A stretch of 64,000 nucleotides of DNA, from positions 9,335-73,334 of the forward strand of contig JAFWIH010000020.1 of assembly GCA_017533795.1 (NCBI GenBank). Reading direction: 5' to 3'. The notes below the pieces were generated by a model. It searched no databases. It was not told the origin of the DNA and saw only the letters and a list, made by a program, of their open reading frames with translations. This document shows, piece after piece, positions 30,739-40,324 of this stretch (position 1 is its first letter; every line of letters starts with the position of its first letter). A program made the position numbers and the translations under genes. The stretch is from Clostridia bacterium. Its GTDB lineage: Bacteria > Bacillota > Clostridia > TANB77 > CAG-508.

Positions 30739-32319
30739 TTATTTTATTTTTAAAGTTTTCTTTATGTTTATTAGCTCATTAATATCTTCTATGTTTATTC
30801 CTATATTTTTTATATTTAGTCCAGTTTTTATATCTTGTAATGTTCCTATTAAATTGTCCACACTTTGAGGTGATATATCTTCTTTTTCTATTGTAAATCC
30901 AAGTAATTTATATCTGTCTTTTATTATTATTGATATATCTTTTTCCTCTAGAATTGTAATATTGTTTATAAAAGTATTATATGGGCTATTAACAAAGTCC
31001 TGCAATTCAGAAATTTTGCTGTCCATCTCTTCTTGGGTTATGTTTTTATTATTCTTTATTAAGCACTGAATCATATAATTATAATAAGAACAAGCCAAAT
31101 TTAATACTTCATATATACTTGAGTTATCATCTATAGTGTCATACATTTTTTGATAAAATTCATTAATATCTAAGTTTTTGTATTCTTCTCTAATTTCATT
31201 TATTAGGTTAGTTTGCTCTATTGTTTGTGTCTGTGGTTCTGTTTTTTTGCCAAACAATCCTTTTTTATTTGATTTACTGTTTAACTTTCTTAATTTTTTT
31301 TCTAAAGTATCTATTTTTTTTCTTGTCTCTTCATATATTTTTTTGTACTTTTCTTTTTCTTTGTATATATTCTTTATATCATTTACTATAAACTTGAATT
31401 CTAAATAACTTTTGTATTCATTTAAACTATTTAAAAATTTTCTAATATTAATATCAATGTCTGTATAATTATCTGTTTCTTCTATTATGTTTTTAGGAAA
31501 AATCTTCATACAGTTTGATTTAATCTTTTCATCTGTATAGTTTTTAATATTTAAATTTCCAGATATTAAAGCATCTATTACAGTTCTTTTATCTGTTTCA
31601 AGTATTTTATCTGCTTCTTCTTTTAATTCTAAATATTTTCTTTTTATATCTTCCGGACTTCTTTGCCATTTTTTTAAAAGTTCAAGTTTTTCTTTTTCAT
31701 AATACTTGTCTATTATTCCCTGGTTTTTTAAGTATATATATCTTAGGTTTAATTCAATATGCATTATAATATCTGAACATTTCCAATATATTTCTTCAAA
31801 TTTTGACTTTAATTCTGGAGAATTAATATCACCTTCATAGTACTCTTTTAAGAATGTTTCCATATATTCTGTAACATATATACTATAATCAAAGTCATCA
31901 ATTTTTAATTTTATTCCAACAATATCAAAATCCCTAATGCATTCTTGTATTTGCGTATTTACATTGTCCAAATTTTCTTTATAATACCTACTAAGTTTGT
32001 ATATATTTTTATCTAGTTCCATTTTCTCATAAGAATTCTTCTCATCACTTAATAAAAACAATATGTTTTTTATTGTATTTATTCTTACTTTTATATCTTC
32101 TATTTCAGTATTTTCTTCTATGCTTAATGAAGTTTGATATCTTTTACTAAGAATTTTATATATCTCATCTTTATACTTAGAAAAATCTTTTTGAACTTCA
32201 TCTATTTTTTCTATGTATTCTTTTACATTTTTAGGGTTATTTTTAGGCATAGTAGATAGTATTTCTTTATTAGCTTCTATTAAATTTTCAATTTCTTCAA
32301 GTTTATTTATTTTTTCCAT
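30739..32319 (-). CDS. Cytoplasmic coiled-coil protein of unknown function, immediately upstream of the giant-protein gene.
   Basis: 526 aa, K/E-rich heptad-like sequence, no TM segment. AAGGAAG RBS. Confidence 0.5.
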   Translation of the reverse strand: MEKINKLEEIENLIEANKEILSTMPKNNPKNVKEYIEKIDEVQKDFSKYKDEIYKILSKRYQTSLSIEENTEIEDIKVRINTIKNILFLLSDEKNSYEKMELDKNIYKLSRYYKENLDNVNTQIQECIRDFDIVGIKLKIDDFDYSIYVTEYMETFLKEYYEGDINSPELKSKFEEIYWKCSDIIMHIELNLRYIYLKNQGIIDKYYEKEKLELLKKWQRSPEDIKRKYLELKEEADKILETDKRTVIDALISGNLNIKNYTDEKIKSNCMKIFPKNIIEETDNYTDIDINIRKFLNSLNEYKSYLEFKFIVNDIKNIYKEKEKYKKIYEETRKKIDTLEKKLRKLNSKSNKKGLFGKKTEPQTQTIEQTNLINEIREEYKNLDINEFYQKMYDTIDDNSSIYEVLNLACSYYNYMIQCLIKNNKNITQEEMDSKISELQDFVNSPYNTFINNITILEEKDISIIIKDRYKLLGFTIEKEDISPQSVDNLIGTLQDIKTGLNIKNIGINIEDINELINIKKTLKIK

Positions 32320-32552
32320 CTATTTTTCTTCCTTTTCTTCTTTACTTACAGATTGTTTTTCCTTTTCTAAGAAGCCTAAGAAATTGCATATTTGATTATA
32401 TAAATTTATTAAGTCGTTAGTATTTTCTTTTTTAAAATTCATAATAAATAACCCCCACGTATTCTTTTTAATTTTATCATATTCATAAAAAAATGTCTAT
32501 ACATTTTTATGTGTTTTTTTGACATTTTTACTTGTAATTTTTTCCTTTTCCA

Positions 32553-32586
32553 AACATAAAAAGAGTAGGAATAAAATCCTACTCTT
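32553..32586 (-). terminator. Rho-independent terminator after the 344-aa TasA-like gene.
   Basis: Stem gagtagga/tcctactc with 6-nt loop, followed on the minus strand by TTTTTAT. Confidence 0.6.
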
Positions 32587-32620
32587 CTAATATATCATAT
32601 TCAATTAATTATTCAATTTG

Positions 32621-33655
32621 TTAAGGTTCTACTACGATTGGATCAATTGTAAATCCTAAATCAAATGTAATATCTGAACCAGATGCTGTGTTTTCACAGT
32701 CAACATCTTGACCTTCAATCCACATATAAATTCTTATTTTTGTAATACCTTCACTTAATGCCATTAACTCTGTTGTACCAATTGTTCCAGCATTAGCTTC
32801 ATCTGCTGCTAATAATAATTTATGTCCAGCTGCTGTTTTGATTGGGTTTGTAATTTGTTGGAAGTAATCTGTACTGTGGTCATTTAGAAGTACTGGTGAT
32901 GCCTTTGGAATAGGTGCTTTAACTCCATAGTATGATAATTGGTTAGCTCCTGTTAAAGCTACATTATGTCCATATATACTGCTTGCTGCGTTTGCACCAG
33001 CTTGTGTATGTACATCATAGTTTGGTTCCCAAATATATGATGTTGTTCCACCTGTTATAGCTTGAATTTGTTCAACTGTACTAGTTAATCCTGCATTACC
33101 TAATACACAGAATGCTACACGAGCTGCATTTTTTAGACCTTTGTCATTAGCTGTTCCTGCTGTTGCTTTATGTGTAACATCAGATCCTTCTGTTAAGTGA
33201 ATTGTTTTTGCTTCATCTAGTTTAAGGAATATATCAAATACTATGTATTTTCCAGATGTTGCATCATCTTCTGCTGTTGCTGATGTATATAATTCATAAT
33301 TACCTGTATCTTCGTTAGCTACAACAGTTCCAAAGTACATTCCCATTCTGTCTCCTGAAACTTCTCCTATTGTTGATACTGGAGCCATTGATGCTGGAAT
33401 AACATTTACCGCATCATCATATGTTGCTGAAGCTCCTTTAATGTCTTCATTTGAAATAACTGCTTTCCAGTTAATACCATCTACAGAAATTTGGATACCT
33501 GTAGATGCTGCTACGTTAACATCAATAGAACTAATTGTTACTGTTCTGTTAGATGTGAACCATGCATAGGTTGATGCAATTAATAAAATTGCTATTAGTA
33601 GTAACACTAAGATTGAAGATTTTACATTTGTTTTTCTTTTACTATTCTTTTTCAT
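32621..33655 (-). CDS. TasA/camelysin-family (peptidase M73-like) secreted protein with a SipW-cognate class signal peptide.
   Basis: N-terminus MKKNSKRKTNVKSSILVLLLIAILLIASTYAWFTSNRTV (compare TasA ...GGTWAAFNDIKS and camelysin ...GGTFAFFSDKE). The C-terminal motif KIRIYMWIEGQDVDC is shared with the other paralogs. Confidence 0.7.
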   Translation of the reverse strand: MKKNSKRKTNVKSSILVLLLIAILLIASTYAWFTSNRTVTISSIDVNVAASTGIQISVDGINWKAVISNEDIKGASATYDDAVNVIPASMAPVSTIGEVSGDRMGMYFGTVVANEDTGNYELYTSATAEDDATSGKYIVFDIFLKLDEAKTIHLTEGSDVTHKATAGTANDKGLKNAARVAFCVLGNAGLTSTVEQIQAITGGTTSYIWEPNYDVHTQAGANAASSIYGHNVALTGANQLSYYGVKAPIPKASPVLLNDHSTDYFQQITNPIKTAAGHKLLLAADEANAGTIGTTELMALSEGITKIRIYMWIEGQDVDCENTASGSDITFDLGFTIDPIVVEP

Positions 33656-33782
33656 AATTTTCTCTCCTTTTATTTCATTTGTATCACAATTGTAAATTAA
33701 TTATACCACTTTTTGAAAAAAAAGTCAACAATTGCAACTACTTGTAAAAAAATTGTTATATTTTAGTAATATTTTTGTAATG

Positions 33783-34610
33783 TTATTCTCCTTCGTTTTC
33801 TTCTATATTATCTTGTTGAGTCTCTGGTTCTTCACTATTTTCTTCTTGGCTTTGTTCTTCGTTTACTTCTTCTTTCGTACCATCTTGTTTAATATGTTCT
33901 TCTACAATATCCATATGCATTTTTATTTCTCCTCCTATAAGATCATCTAAACAATCTGGGTCATCACCTTCAAGATATATTACTATTGTAAATTTGTCTA
34001 TATCTCCAGGTTGGAACTTTTGTCTACACTCAACAAGTACTTCGCTTGCTGAATAAAACTTTTCAGTTCCTTCTTCTGCTTCTCCTGTTGTTTCATTTGG
34101 CCTTGCATATGTTGTTTGTTCTCCATTTAAATATATTCTAACACGTATTGCTTTATCTACATTTTTTATTACATCATCTATGTCTATTTCGTACCAGTAG
34201 TTGACTACATCACTACCTTTGTTTTCTAAATAAAAAGTATATGCTAGATAATTGTCTCCATTATGAGCACCTTCTTGGTCAGAATCTATATTTTCAGGAA
34301 GCCATTTGTAGGAAATATTATCCATGAATTCAACTTTTGTAGCTTTCAGAATTCTTTTATCTTCTTTTTCATCTATATGTTCATACATTATTAACCCACT
34401 TTTTCTCGCGAAATTAGGATCAAGAGATACAGTAAAGTCACCTGCTTCATATACAATTCTTAATATGAAGTATATTATAATTAGAAATAAGGTTATTATC
34501 AATAGTGTTAATTTTACACTTTTGATTCTTCTATCTCTTTCTTTTATTTTTTCTGAATTAAGTTTTACCTGTTCTTTTGTTATTTCATCTTCTTTATTTT
34601 TCTTTTTCAA
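33783..34610 (-). CDS. Membrane-anchored TasA-like paralog. Basic N-terminal tail, one TM, extracellular beta-rich domain and an acidic C-terminal tail.
   Basis: TLLIITLFLIIIYFILRIVYEAGDFTVSLD. The shared family motif FTIVIYLEGDDPDCLDD is present. Confidence 0.55.
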   Translation of the reverse strand: MKKKNKEDEITKEQVKLNSEKIKERDRRIKSVKLTLLIITLFLIIIYFILRIVYEAGDFTVSLDPNFARKSGLIMYEHIDEKEDKRILKATKVEFMDNISYKWLPENIDSDQEGAHNGDNYLAYTFYLENKGSDVVNYWYEIDIDDVIKNVDKAIRVRIYLNGEQTTYARPNETTGEAEEGTEKFYSASEVLVECRQKFQPGDIDKFTIVIYLEGDDPDCLDDLIGGEIKMHMDIVEEHIKQDGTKEEVNEEQSQEENSEEPETQQDNIEENEGE

Positions 34611-34722
34611 TATTTATCACCTCATTTGTTCTGCAATGCAATTTTATTATAACAATATTTTTTTGTCAACAATTGATTTATATAATTTATTATGATAGAA
34701 TTCTTATAAGTTTATATAAAGG

Positions 34723-35334
34723 ATGATTATAGTTATGGATAATAAGAAAAAATTTTTGTTATTACTAGTTTTTATTTTAATATGTGTTTTGATTTATGCA
34801 ATAATACAAATATATGCAAAGTATATTTCTTCTGCTCAAGGAAGTGCCTCTGCCAATGTTGCCAGTTGGGATATAAAGGTAAATAACTTATCTATTAAAA
34901 ACAATACTGATATTTCAAATACTTTAGCTCCCGTCTTTCCAGGAACAGAACATATTGCTAGTGGAATTATAGCTCCTACCGCAGAAGGATACTTTGATTT
35001 AAATTTTGATTTTTCTAATACTGATGTTTCATTTATGTATAATATTTCTTTATCAATAGACCCTGATAGTTCTGTCCAAGACTTAGTTGTAACTGGTTAT
35101 TCTATTGACGATGGAGAAGTAATCTCAATTGTAGATGATACACAGCCAATTTCTGATACTATATTATATGGTAGTAATGTTAATACAAGAAAAATACGTG
35201 TATATATAAAATGGGACGATGACCCTACAACATCTACAATGTCAAATGCTGATGATACATTATCTACTAAATCTGATAATCCTGCATTATATAAAGTAAA
35301 TATTTCATTTACACAAATTACAGATACAAATTAA
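34723..35334 (+). CDS. Small TasA-like secreted paralog (203 aa) with a signal anchor. The only plus-strand gene of the island.
   Basis: FLLLLVFILICVLIYAIIQIYAKYISSAQGSASANVASWDIKVNN. C-terminal family motif KIRVYIKWDDDP. Confidence 0.6.
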   Translation: MIIVMDNKKKFLLLLVFILICVLIYAIIQIYAKYISSAQGSASANVASWDIKVNNLSIKNNTDISNTLAPVFPGTEHIASGIIAPTAEGYFDLNFDFSNTDVSFMYNISLSIDPDSSVQDLVVTGYSIDDGEVISIVDDTQPISDTILYGSNVNTRKIRVYIKWDDDPTTSTMSNADDTLSTKSDNPALYKVNISFTQITDTN

Positions 35335-35360
35335 GAAGTTGTTTTTATACAACTTCTTAA
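35331..35360. terminator. Bidirectional terminator between convergent TasA-like genes.
   Basis: Perfect palindrome ttaagaagttgt-ttttat-acaacttcttaa. It overlaps the stop of 34723..35334 and lies 7 nt before the stop of 35367..36005. Confidence 0.6.
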
Positions 35361-35366
35361 TTTATT

Positions 35367-36005
35367 TTATCCGCCATTTGATTGTTCTGGTTCTCCACTA
35401 GCTTGCGTAGCTTTTAGTAGCAAATTAATTTCTATGCTGTCTTCTCCTGGATTTTCATTGTAAAAGTTATAGGCTTTTCTTCCCCATTCGGTATCTAATT
35501 CATCATTTCCAGATTCATAATCCCATTTTACTGTTATTTTAAAATAACCTGTTCCATTTTCTGCTGCTAAATCAGTCTCATCCTTTTCTATAGATATTTT
35601 AAATGGATAATTATTTGATATTATATTTTCTATATCTTCAGAATTTAGTTCTTCTGAACTTCCTTGAAGAACTTGTCCAATTTCATAATATTCATCCATA
35701 ATTTTTGCAGATCTTACATCATAGCTAAGGCTAGCCTCCATATCTCCTCTGTTGTTTACTTGTATTATTCTTTCAAAGGTTTCCATTCCAGGGAATACTC
35801 TTTCTACAGAAACAGTAACTTCTGAAGTTATTCCTCCTTGATCTGATACAAACTCAACATCCCATGAGCTAACATGAGCTGATAAGTCCATATAAACCTT
35901 TGTAGTATATATAAACCAGGCATATGCATTAAATGCAAATAAAACTATCAATACTAATATATTTCGGATTTTTATTTTTTTCATTATTTTGATAATTTTA
36001 TCCAT
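35367..36005 (-). CDS. Small TasA-like secreted paralog (212 aa) with a SipW-cognate class signal peptide.
   Basis: NILVLIVLFAFNAYAWFIYTTKV...SSWDVEF. C-terminal motif YFKITVKWDYESGND. Confidence 0.65.
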   Translation of the reverse strand: MDKIIKIMKKIKIRNILVLIVLFAFNAYAWFIYTTKVYMDLSAHVSSWDVEFVSDQGGITSEVTVSVERVFPGMETFERIIQVNNRGDMEASLSYDVRSAKIMDEYYEIGQVLQGSSEELNSEDIENIISNNYPFKISIEKDETDLAAENGTGYFKITVKWDYESGNDELDTEWGRKAYNFYNENPGEDSIEINLLLKATQASGEPEQSNGG

Positions 36006-36036
36006 TTATTATCCTCCTTGCTATTTCGGGCTCATT

Positions 36037-36597
36037 TTATTCATCATCATTATCTTCTTTATGAGTTAAGTCATAAACAATATTTCTAATCTGTTTATAT
36101 ATTATTATTCCTATAGGTATAAATATAAAGAAATAGAATATATACATATTTTGAATTACTTTGCCAATATAACTTAAAGTTTTTATTTTACATATTACTT
36201 TACCATATATTTGATTTCCTGTAATTTGTGGATCAGCTTCAAGGTTAGCTATACCTTTTGTAATAAACTTATATGTTCCGTCTTCTTGAGATTTTTCTAT
36301 AACTTGGTGAGTAACAACTCTACCTTTAAAAGTACCTTCTTTTCCTTTATAAACAACATCGTCTCCAACATTAATCTCACTTGGACTAATTTCTTTAGCA
36401 AGTAAAACATCACTTACCAAATATTTAGGCTCCATACTTCCTGTTGCAACAATAAATATTCTGTATCCTCCTAATGAAAGAGAGTTGTCTGATACCCTTT
36501 GTAAGGCTACAACAGTTAACATTAATATAGCAATAACAAAAAGTATAGCATATAAAATATTTCCAATTATTTTTAATCCTTTATGTTCCTTTTTCAT
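36037..36597 (-). CDS. Signal peptidase I, SipW-type, paralog 2.
   Basis: IVATGSMEPKYLVSDVLLAKE. 186 aa. N-terminal TM and C-terminal TM IFYFFIFIPIGIIIY. Confidence 0.75.
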   Translation of the reverse strand: MKKEHKGLKIIGNILYAILFVIAILMLTVVALQRVSDNSLSLGGYRIFIVATGSMEPKYLVSDVLLAKEISPSEINVGDDVVYKGKEGTFKGRVVTHQVIEKSQEDGTYKFITKGIANLEADPQITGNQIYGKVICKIKTLSYIGKVIQNMYIFYFFIFIPIGIIIYKQIRNIVYDLTHKEDNDDE

Positions 36598-36599
36598 AA

Positions 36600-37733
36600 T
36601 TATTTTCCTTCCACTTTACGCGCATATATATCTATGCGACTTTTAAAGATTTTTTGTATTTCTTTAATAACTTCCATTCTTTTGTATTTAAGAACTTCAT
36701 ATCTAGTTGCAACTAGTTGTTTTATTTCTTTTTCTGACAAGTCTAGATTTAAATCAATCATTTTGTCAATCATTTTTTCTAATATTACATCTTGCATCTC
36801 TTGTCTAGATTCTTTTGTTTCAGAATCATCCTCATCCAATGTTTTCATTGTTAAGTACTGAAGCAAAAAGTTTTCATCCATGAGTTTTTTTAGATTTCCA
36901 TTATCTTCATAATTCTTTTTTTCTTCAACATTTGTTGTCTTATCTTCATAGTTATCCCTTAAATAGTCCCATAGTTTCATAGCATATTGAAAGTTTACAT
37001 TTTTTAATATAACATTTGTCTTTTTTATTGGATCTCTAACGAGTAATACTCTATCTTTTTCAAGTGTTTTATATACATCAGATGCTTCCAAACTCATAAT
37101 TTGTCTTTCTAATTCTTCAATATCATTTAAAATTTCTTGTACTTCTTCATCTACTTTATTGCCTTCATTATCAAGAGAAGAATTTAAAGATACTTTAATA
37201 TCTACCTTTTCATCTCCAATTTTTGTATTTCCCTGGTATTCAAAGTTTTTAGTATTTTTTAATTTAGAATCTGTTTTTACTTCTGAATTTCCAGTTATAG
37301 CCTCTTTCCTTTTTTTAATAAATAATTTCATGTTTTGCATTAAAGTATATACAAATCTATTTTCATAAGTACTAAAAGTTTCTTCTTTTCTAACATTTAA
37401 TAATTTTGATGGTGTAACATCACCTGTAACGTCATCTACAGTTTGAATAAGATTTGTGTTTTTTGACAAATGTTTTATAGATTCTACAGTTACTTTTTTA
37501 GTTTGCTCTATTTTCATTATCTCTTCTTCATTTATTATGAAACGATTTGGTTTTCTAAAAATGTTGTCAAGATATGGTATTGTGTCCATCATAACTTGTA
37601 TCCATTCTAAGTCTCTAGCAACAGATTTTTTATCTAGTTTTACATTAAGCTCTGTTGATGATTTCTTCATGAAGTCTCTAGCTCTTTTAGGTTCTGTTCT
37701 TTCATACAAATTAATAATTTCTAATTCTTCCAT
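36600..37733 (-). CDS. Cytoplasmic hypothetical protein with central coiled coil. Candidate partner of the McrB-like ATPase (McrC-like role unproven).
   Basis: 377 aa with no TM segment. Coiled-coil segment EEVQEILNDIEELERQIMSLEAS. Its stop is 2 nt from the sipW-2 start. Confidence 0.45.
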   Translation of the reverse strand: MEELEIINLYERTEPKRARDFMKKSSTELNVKLDKKSVARDLEWIQVMMDTIPYLDNIFRKPNRFIINEEEIMKIEQTKKVTVESIKHLSKNTNLIQTVDDVTGDVTPSKLLNVRKEETFSTYENRFVYTLMQNMKLFIKKRKEAITGNSEVKTDSKLKNTKNFEYQGNTKIGDEKVDIKVSLNSSLDNEGNKVDEEVQEILNDIEELERQIMSLEASDVYKTLEKDRVLLVRDPIKKTNVILKNVNFQYAMKLWDYLRDNYEDKTTNVEEKKNYEDNGNLKKLMDENFLLQYLTMKTLDEDDSETKESRQEMQDVILEKMIDKMIDLNLDLSEKEIKQLVATRYEVLKYKRMEVIKEIQKIFKSRIDIYARKVEGK

Positions 37734-37748
37734 TATACGACCTCTACT

Positions 37749-39275
37749 CTATGTTAATTTCTTAAGTCTTAACAAGTACTCTATACATTCTTTCATTTTG
37801 TTTTTTCCAAAAGTTTTGTCCAAAAAGCTTATATATGGATCTATTTCATCTCTAATATAAGCTATATTTAATTGTTCAAATTTTCTTAAAATCTTCTTAG
37901 CAATAAAGTAATCTACTCCGTCTACCTCATCTCCACCGCAAGCAACATATACTGGTACAAATTTTTTCATGTGTGCTACTATACGGTTACCAAAAGCTAT
38001 ACGAAAATGTTGTATAACATAGTTATCCATTTCCTCTATTTTATCGAGTGTATCTTGAGATATTGGATTTTCTTGCATTGCCGTTTTAAATAGATTATCT
38101 AAATATGAAAAATTAATATCTTGTGCTTCTGTATCAACTGGATCAAATGGAACACCCTTATCATTAATGTCTATAGGCATTGCTCTATCATAAACTTTAT
38201 CTGTAACAGCAAATGTAGAATCGTCATTGTTGATTGTTCCTATATACCACATATTTGCAGGGACTCTGATTTTTCCACCAATAATTTTTTTAGGATCTGT
38301 CTTCCAACTGTTTGGAACAAGCTCTATAATCCATTCATCTCTATTTGGCATTTCCAAAATAGAAAGCATTTCTGCAAAGTAATATTCAACACGTGACAAG
38401 TTCATCTCGTCTAGTATTACTGTATATACCTCATCAACATATCCTGCAATATACATTTCTTTAAGCATTTCAGTTTCATTAAATTTCTTAGTAAATTCGT
38501 TAAAATATCCAAACATATCTGTTCTGTCTCTCCAAGATGGCTGAACAGATGCAACACATGAATCATGCTTCATAAATTTTCCCCATGCATAGGCAAGAGA
38601 TGTTTTACCTGTACCAGAAATACCTTGAAGAATAACAAGTTTTGTTGACGCTAGCCCTGATATAAATATTCTCATCATTTCTTCTTTATAAAATAGACCT
38701 AGTTTTGATGCTGCAAAATTCCTGAAATTTTCACATAATTCTGGCAACGTAAATGAATTTCCATAATCTTGGCTTTTATAATTTTCATATTCTTCATCAA
38801 TTAATGCCAATTTTGAAAATCTTTGTCCTTGGTTTTCATCTTGTTCTTCTTGATTATTCATATTAGCTTCTTCTGTAGGAGATTCACCCGGTTTTAATCC
38901 TAATTGTGATACTTTCATTGCTAAAATTTCTTCTTTTTCTTTAACTAATTGTGCAACTTTATTATTTAATGTAGCAATCTCTTCCATAAGGTCGTCTTGT
39001 TCAACAGCTTGTTTTCTAAATTTTAAATATTTTCTTATTAGTAAATAAATTAACACAAATATTAATACTAATGTTAATATTAAACACAATATTGCTATTC
39101 CAACTAAAACCCATTCAGACATAGATAAGTCATCTTTGTATGCATCAACTACATTCTGATATGATTTTATATCTAATATTTGTTTAAATCCATTTCCAAA
39201 TCCTTTTAGAATAGTAATAATCCCTTTAAAGAATTGTCCTAGGAACTCATATAAAAATCTTGTAAATGTCTCCAT
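37749..39275 (-). CDS. Membrane-anchored McrB-family AAA+ (GTPase-like) protein. N-terminal segment, one TM, coiled coil and a McrB-like NTPase domain.
   Basis: TM VLVGIAILCLILTLVLIFVLIYLLI followed by RKYLKFRK (positive-inside). Walker A LVILQGISGTGKTSLAYA. Walker B/McrB signature VILDEMNLSRVEYYFAEML (compare McrB DEINRANLSKVFGEL). Confidence 0.65.
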   Translation of the reverse strand: METFTRFLYEFLGQFFKGIITILKGFGNGFKQILDIKSYQNVVDAYKDDLSMSEWVLVGIAILCLILTLVLIFVLIYLLIRKYLKFRKQAVEQDDLMEEIATLNNKVAQLVKEKEEILAMKVSQLGLKPGESPTEEANMNNQEEQDENQGQRFSKLALIDEEYENYKSQDYGNSFTLPELCENFRNFAASKLGLFYKEEMMRIFISGLASTKLVILQGISGTGKTSLAYAWGKFMKHDSCVASVQPSWRDRTDMFGYFNEFTKKFNETEMLKEMYIAGYVDEVYTVILDEMNLSRVEYYFAEMLSILEMPNRDEWIIELVPNSWKTDPKKIIGGKIRVPANMWYIGTINNDDSTFAVTDKVYDRAMPIDINDKGVPFDPVDTEAQDINFSYLDNLFKTAMQENPISQDTLDKIEEMDNYVIQHFRIAFGNRIVAHMKKFVPVYVACGGDEVDGVDYFIAKKILRKFEQLNIAYIRDEIDPYISFLDKTFGKNKMKECIEYLLRLKKLT

Positions 39276-39293
39276 ATGCTTTTAATACCTCTT

Positions 39294-40286
39294 TTATACT
39301 TCTATTATATTTTGTATTTTATAATTTTTTATTTTTTCATAAGAATCTAGTTGTTTATTTAAAATAACATACTTAAATATATCTAATGTTTGAATATCTT
39401 TGCTACTAATTGTTAGTGTTTTATCTAATACTACTGCAAATTTATATCCTTCTCTTAGTAAGTCATGAATTTTTTCTTTATTTTCAAGATAATCCTCATA
39501 TTGAATTTTTAATATAATCTGTTCAAGACTTGCCGGATTATTTATAATATTAAATAAGGATTTTAATTTTTTGCTTTTTTTGAATAATGTTTCACTAAAT
39601 TCTACAATATATTGTTTGTTAAATTTTTGCTTTAAGATATCTTTTAATATTAATTCTTCTGTTAAATAATACTCAACTATTAATTTATCTTCTTTTATTA
39701 TTCCTGAATTAAATGCTTTCCTTATTGCAAAATCACTATATTCAATTGGTACTTCTACATTATGTTTTAAATTAACTCTATATACATCTATTTTTCTAGG
39801 ATAATTTGTTAATTTTATATAAAAGTCTTCTGACTTCAAACTATCTATAAAACCAGCTTTTGCATTATTTGATTCTGTTATTTTTTTATATAGTGTTTCT
39901 TCAAATGTTTTAGATGTTTTATTTAACAGTTTTTTTCTTAGCTTTGAAATTCTTTCTATTTTTTGTTTTATATCTTTACATTTAACAACTTCATCGAAAT
40001 ATAAGACATACTGAAAAAAAACATTCATTTTTTGTATTAATTCTCTATCAGAGATATTATTAATAGATAATGTTTCTTCTGTGTCTTTTAGACTGCTTAG
40101 TATTTTTTTTCTAAATGTTTCATTTATGTCTGTTTGATAATAATTATAGTATCTAGCATTTATATATTTTTCTATAAATTGTTCATTGTAATCTTTATTA
40201 AACATATTTCCAAAAACAAGCTTCATATATGTGTTTATTTGTTTTTTGGTTAACTCAATATATCTGTTAATAATATTTACTGACAT
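39294..40286 (-). CDS. Cytoplasmic hypothetical protein. Possibly a degenerate EAL-like (c-di-GMP-binding) domain.
   Basis: 330 aa with no TM segment. YYQTDINETF (compare EAL YQPIV), IVEFSETLF (compare E(I/V)TE) and YKFAVVLDKTLTISS (compare ALDDFGTGYSS). The catalytic residues look degenerate. Weak call. Confidence 0.3.
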   Translation of the reverse strand: MSVNIINRYIELTKKQINTYMKLVFGNMFNKDYNEQFIEKYINARYYNYYQTDINETFRKKILSSLKDTEETLSINNISDRELIQKMNVFFQYVLYFDEVVKCKDIKQKIERISKLRKKLLNKTSKTFEETLYKKITESNNAKAGFIDSLKSEDFYIKLTNYPRKIDVYRVNLKHNVEVPIEYSDFAIRKAFNSGIIKEDKLIVEYYLTEELILKDILKQKFNKQYIVEFSETLFKKSKKLKSLFNIINNPASLEQIILKIQYEDYLENKEKIHDLLREGYKFAVVLDKTLTISSKDIQTLDIFKYVILNKQLDSYEKIKNYKIQNIIEV

Positions 40287-40324
40287 TTATTCACATCCTC
40301 TCTATTCCAAAAAACAGTATATCT

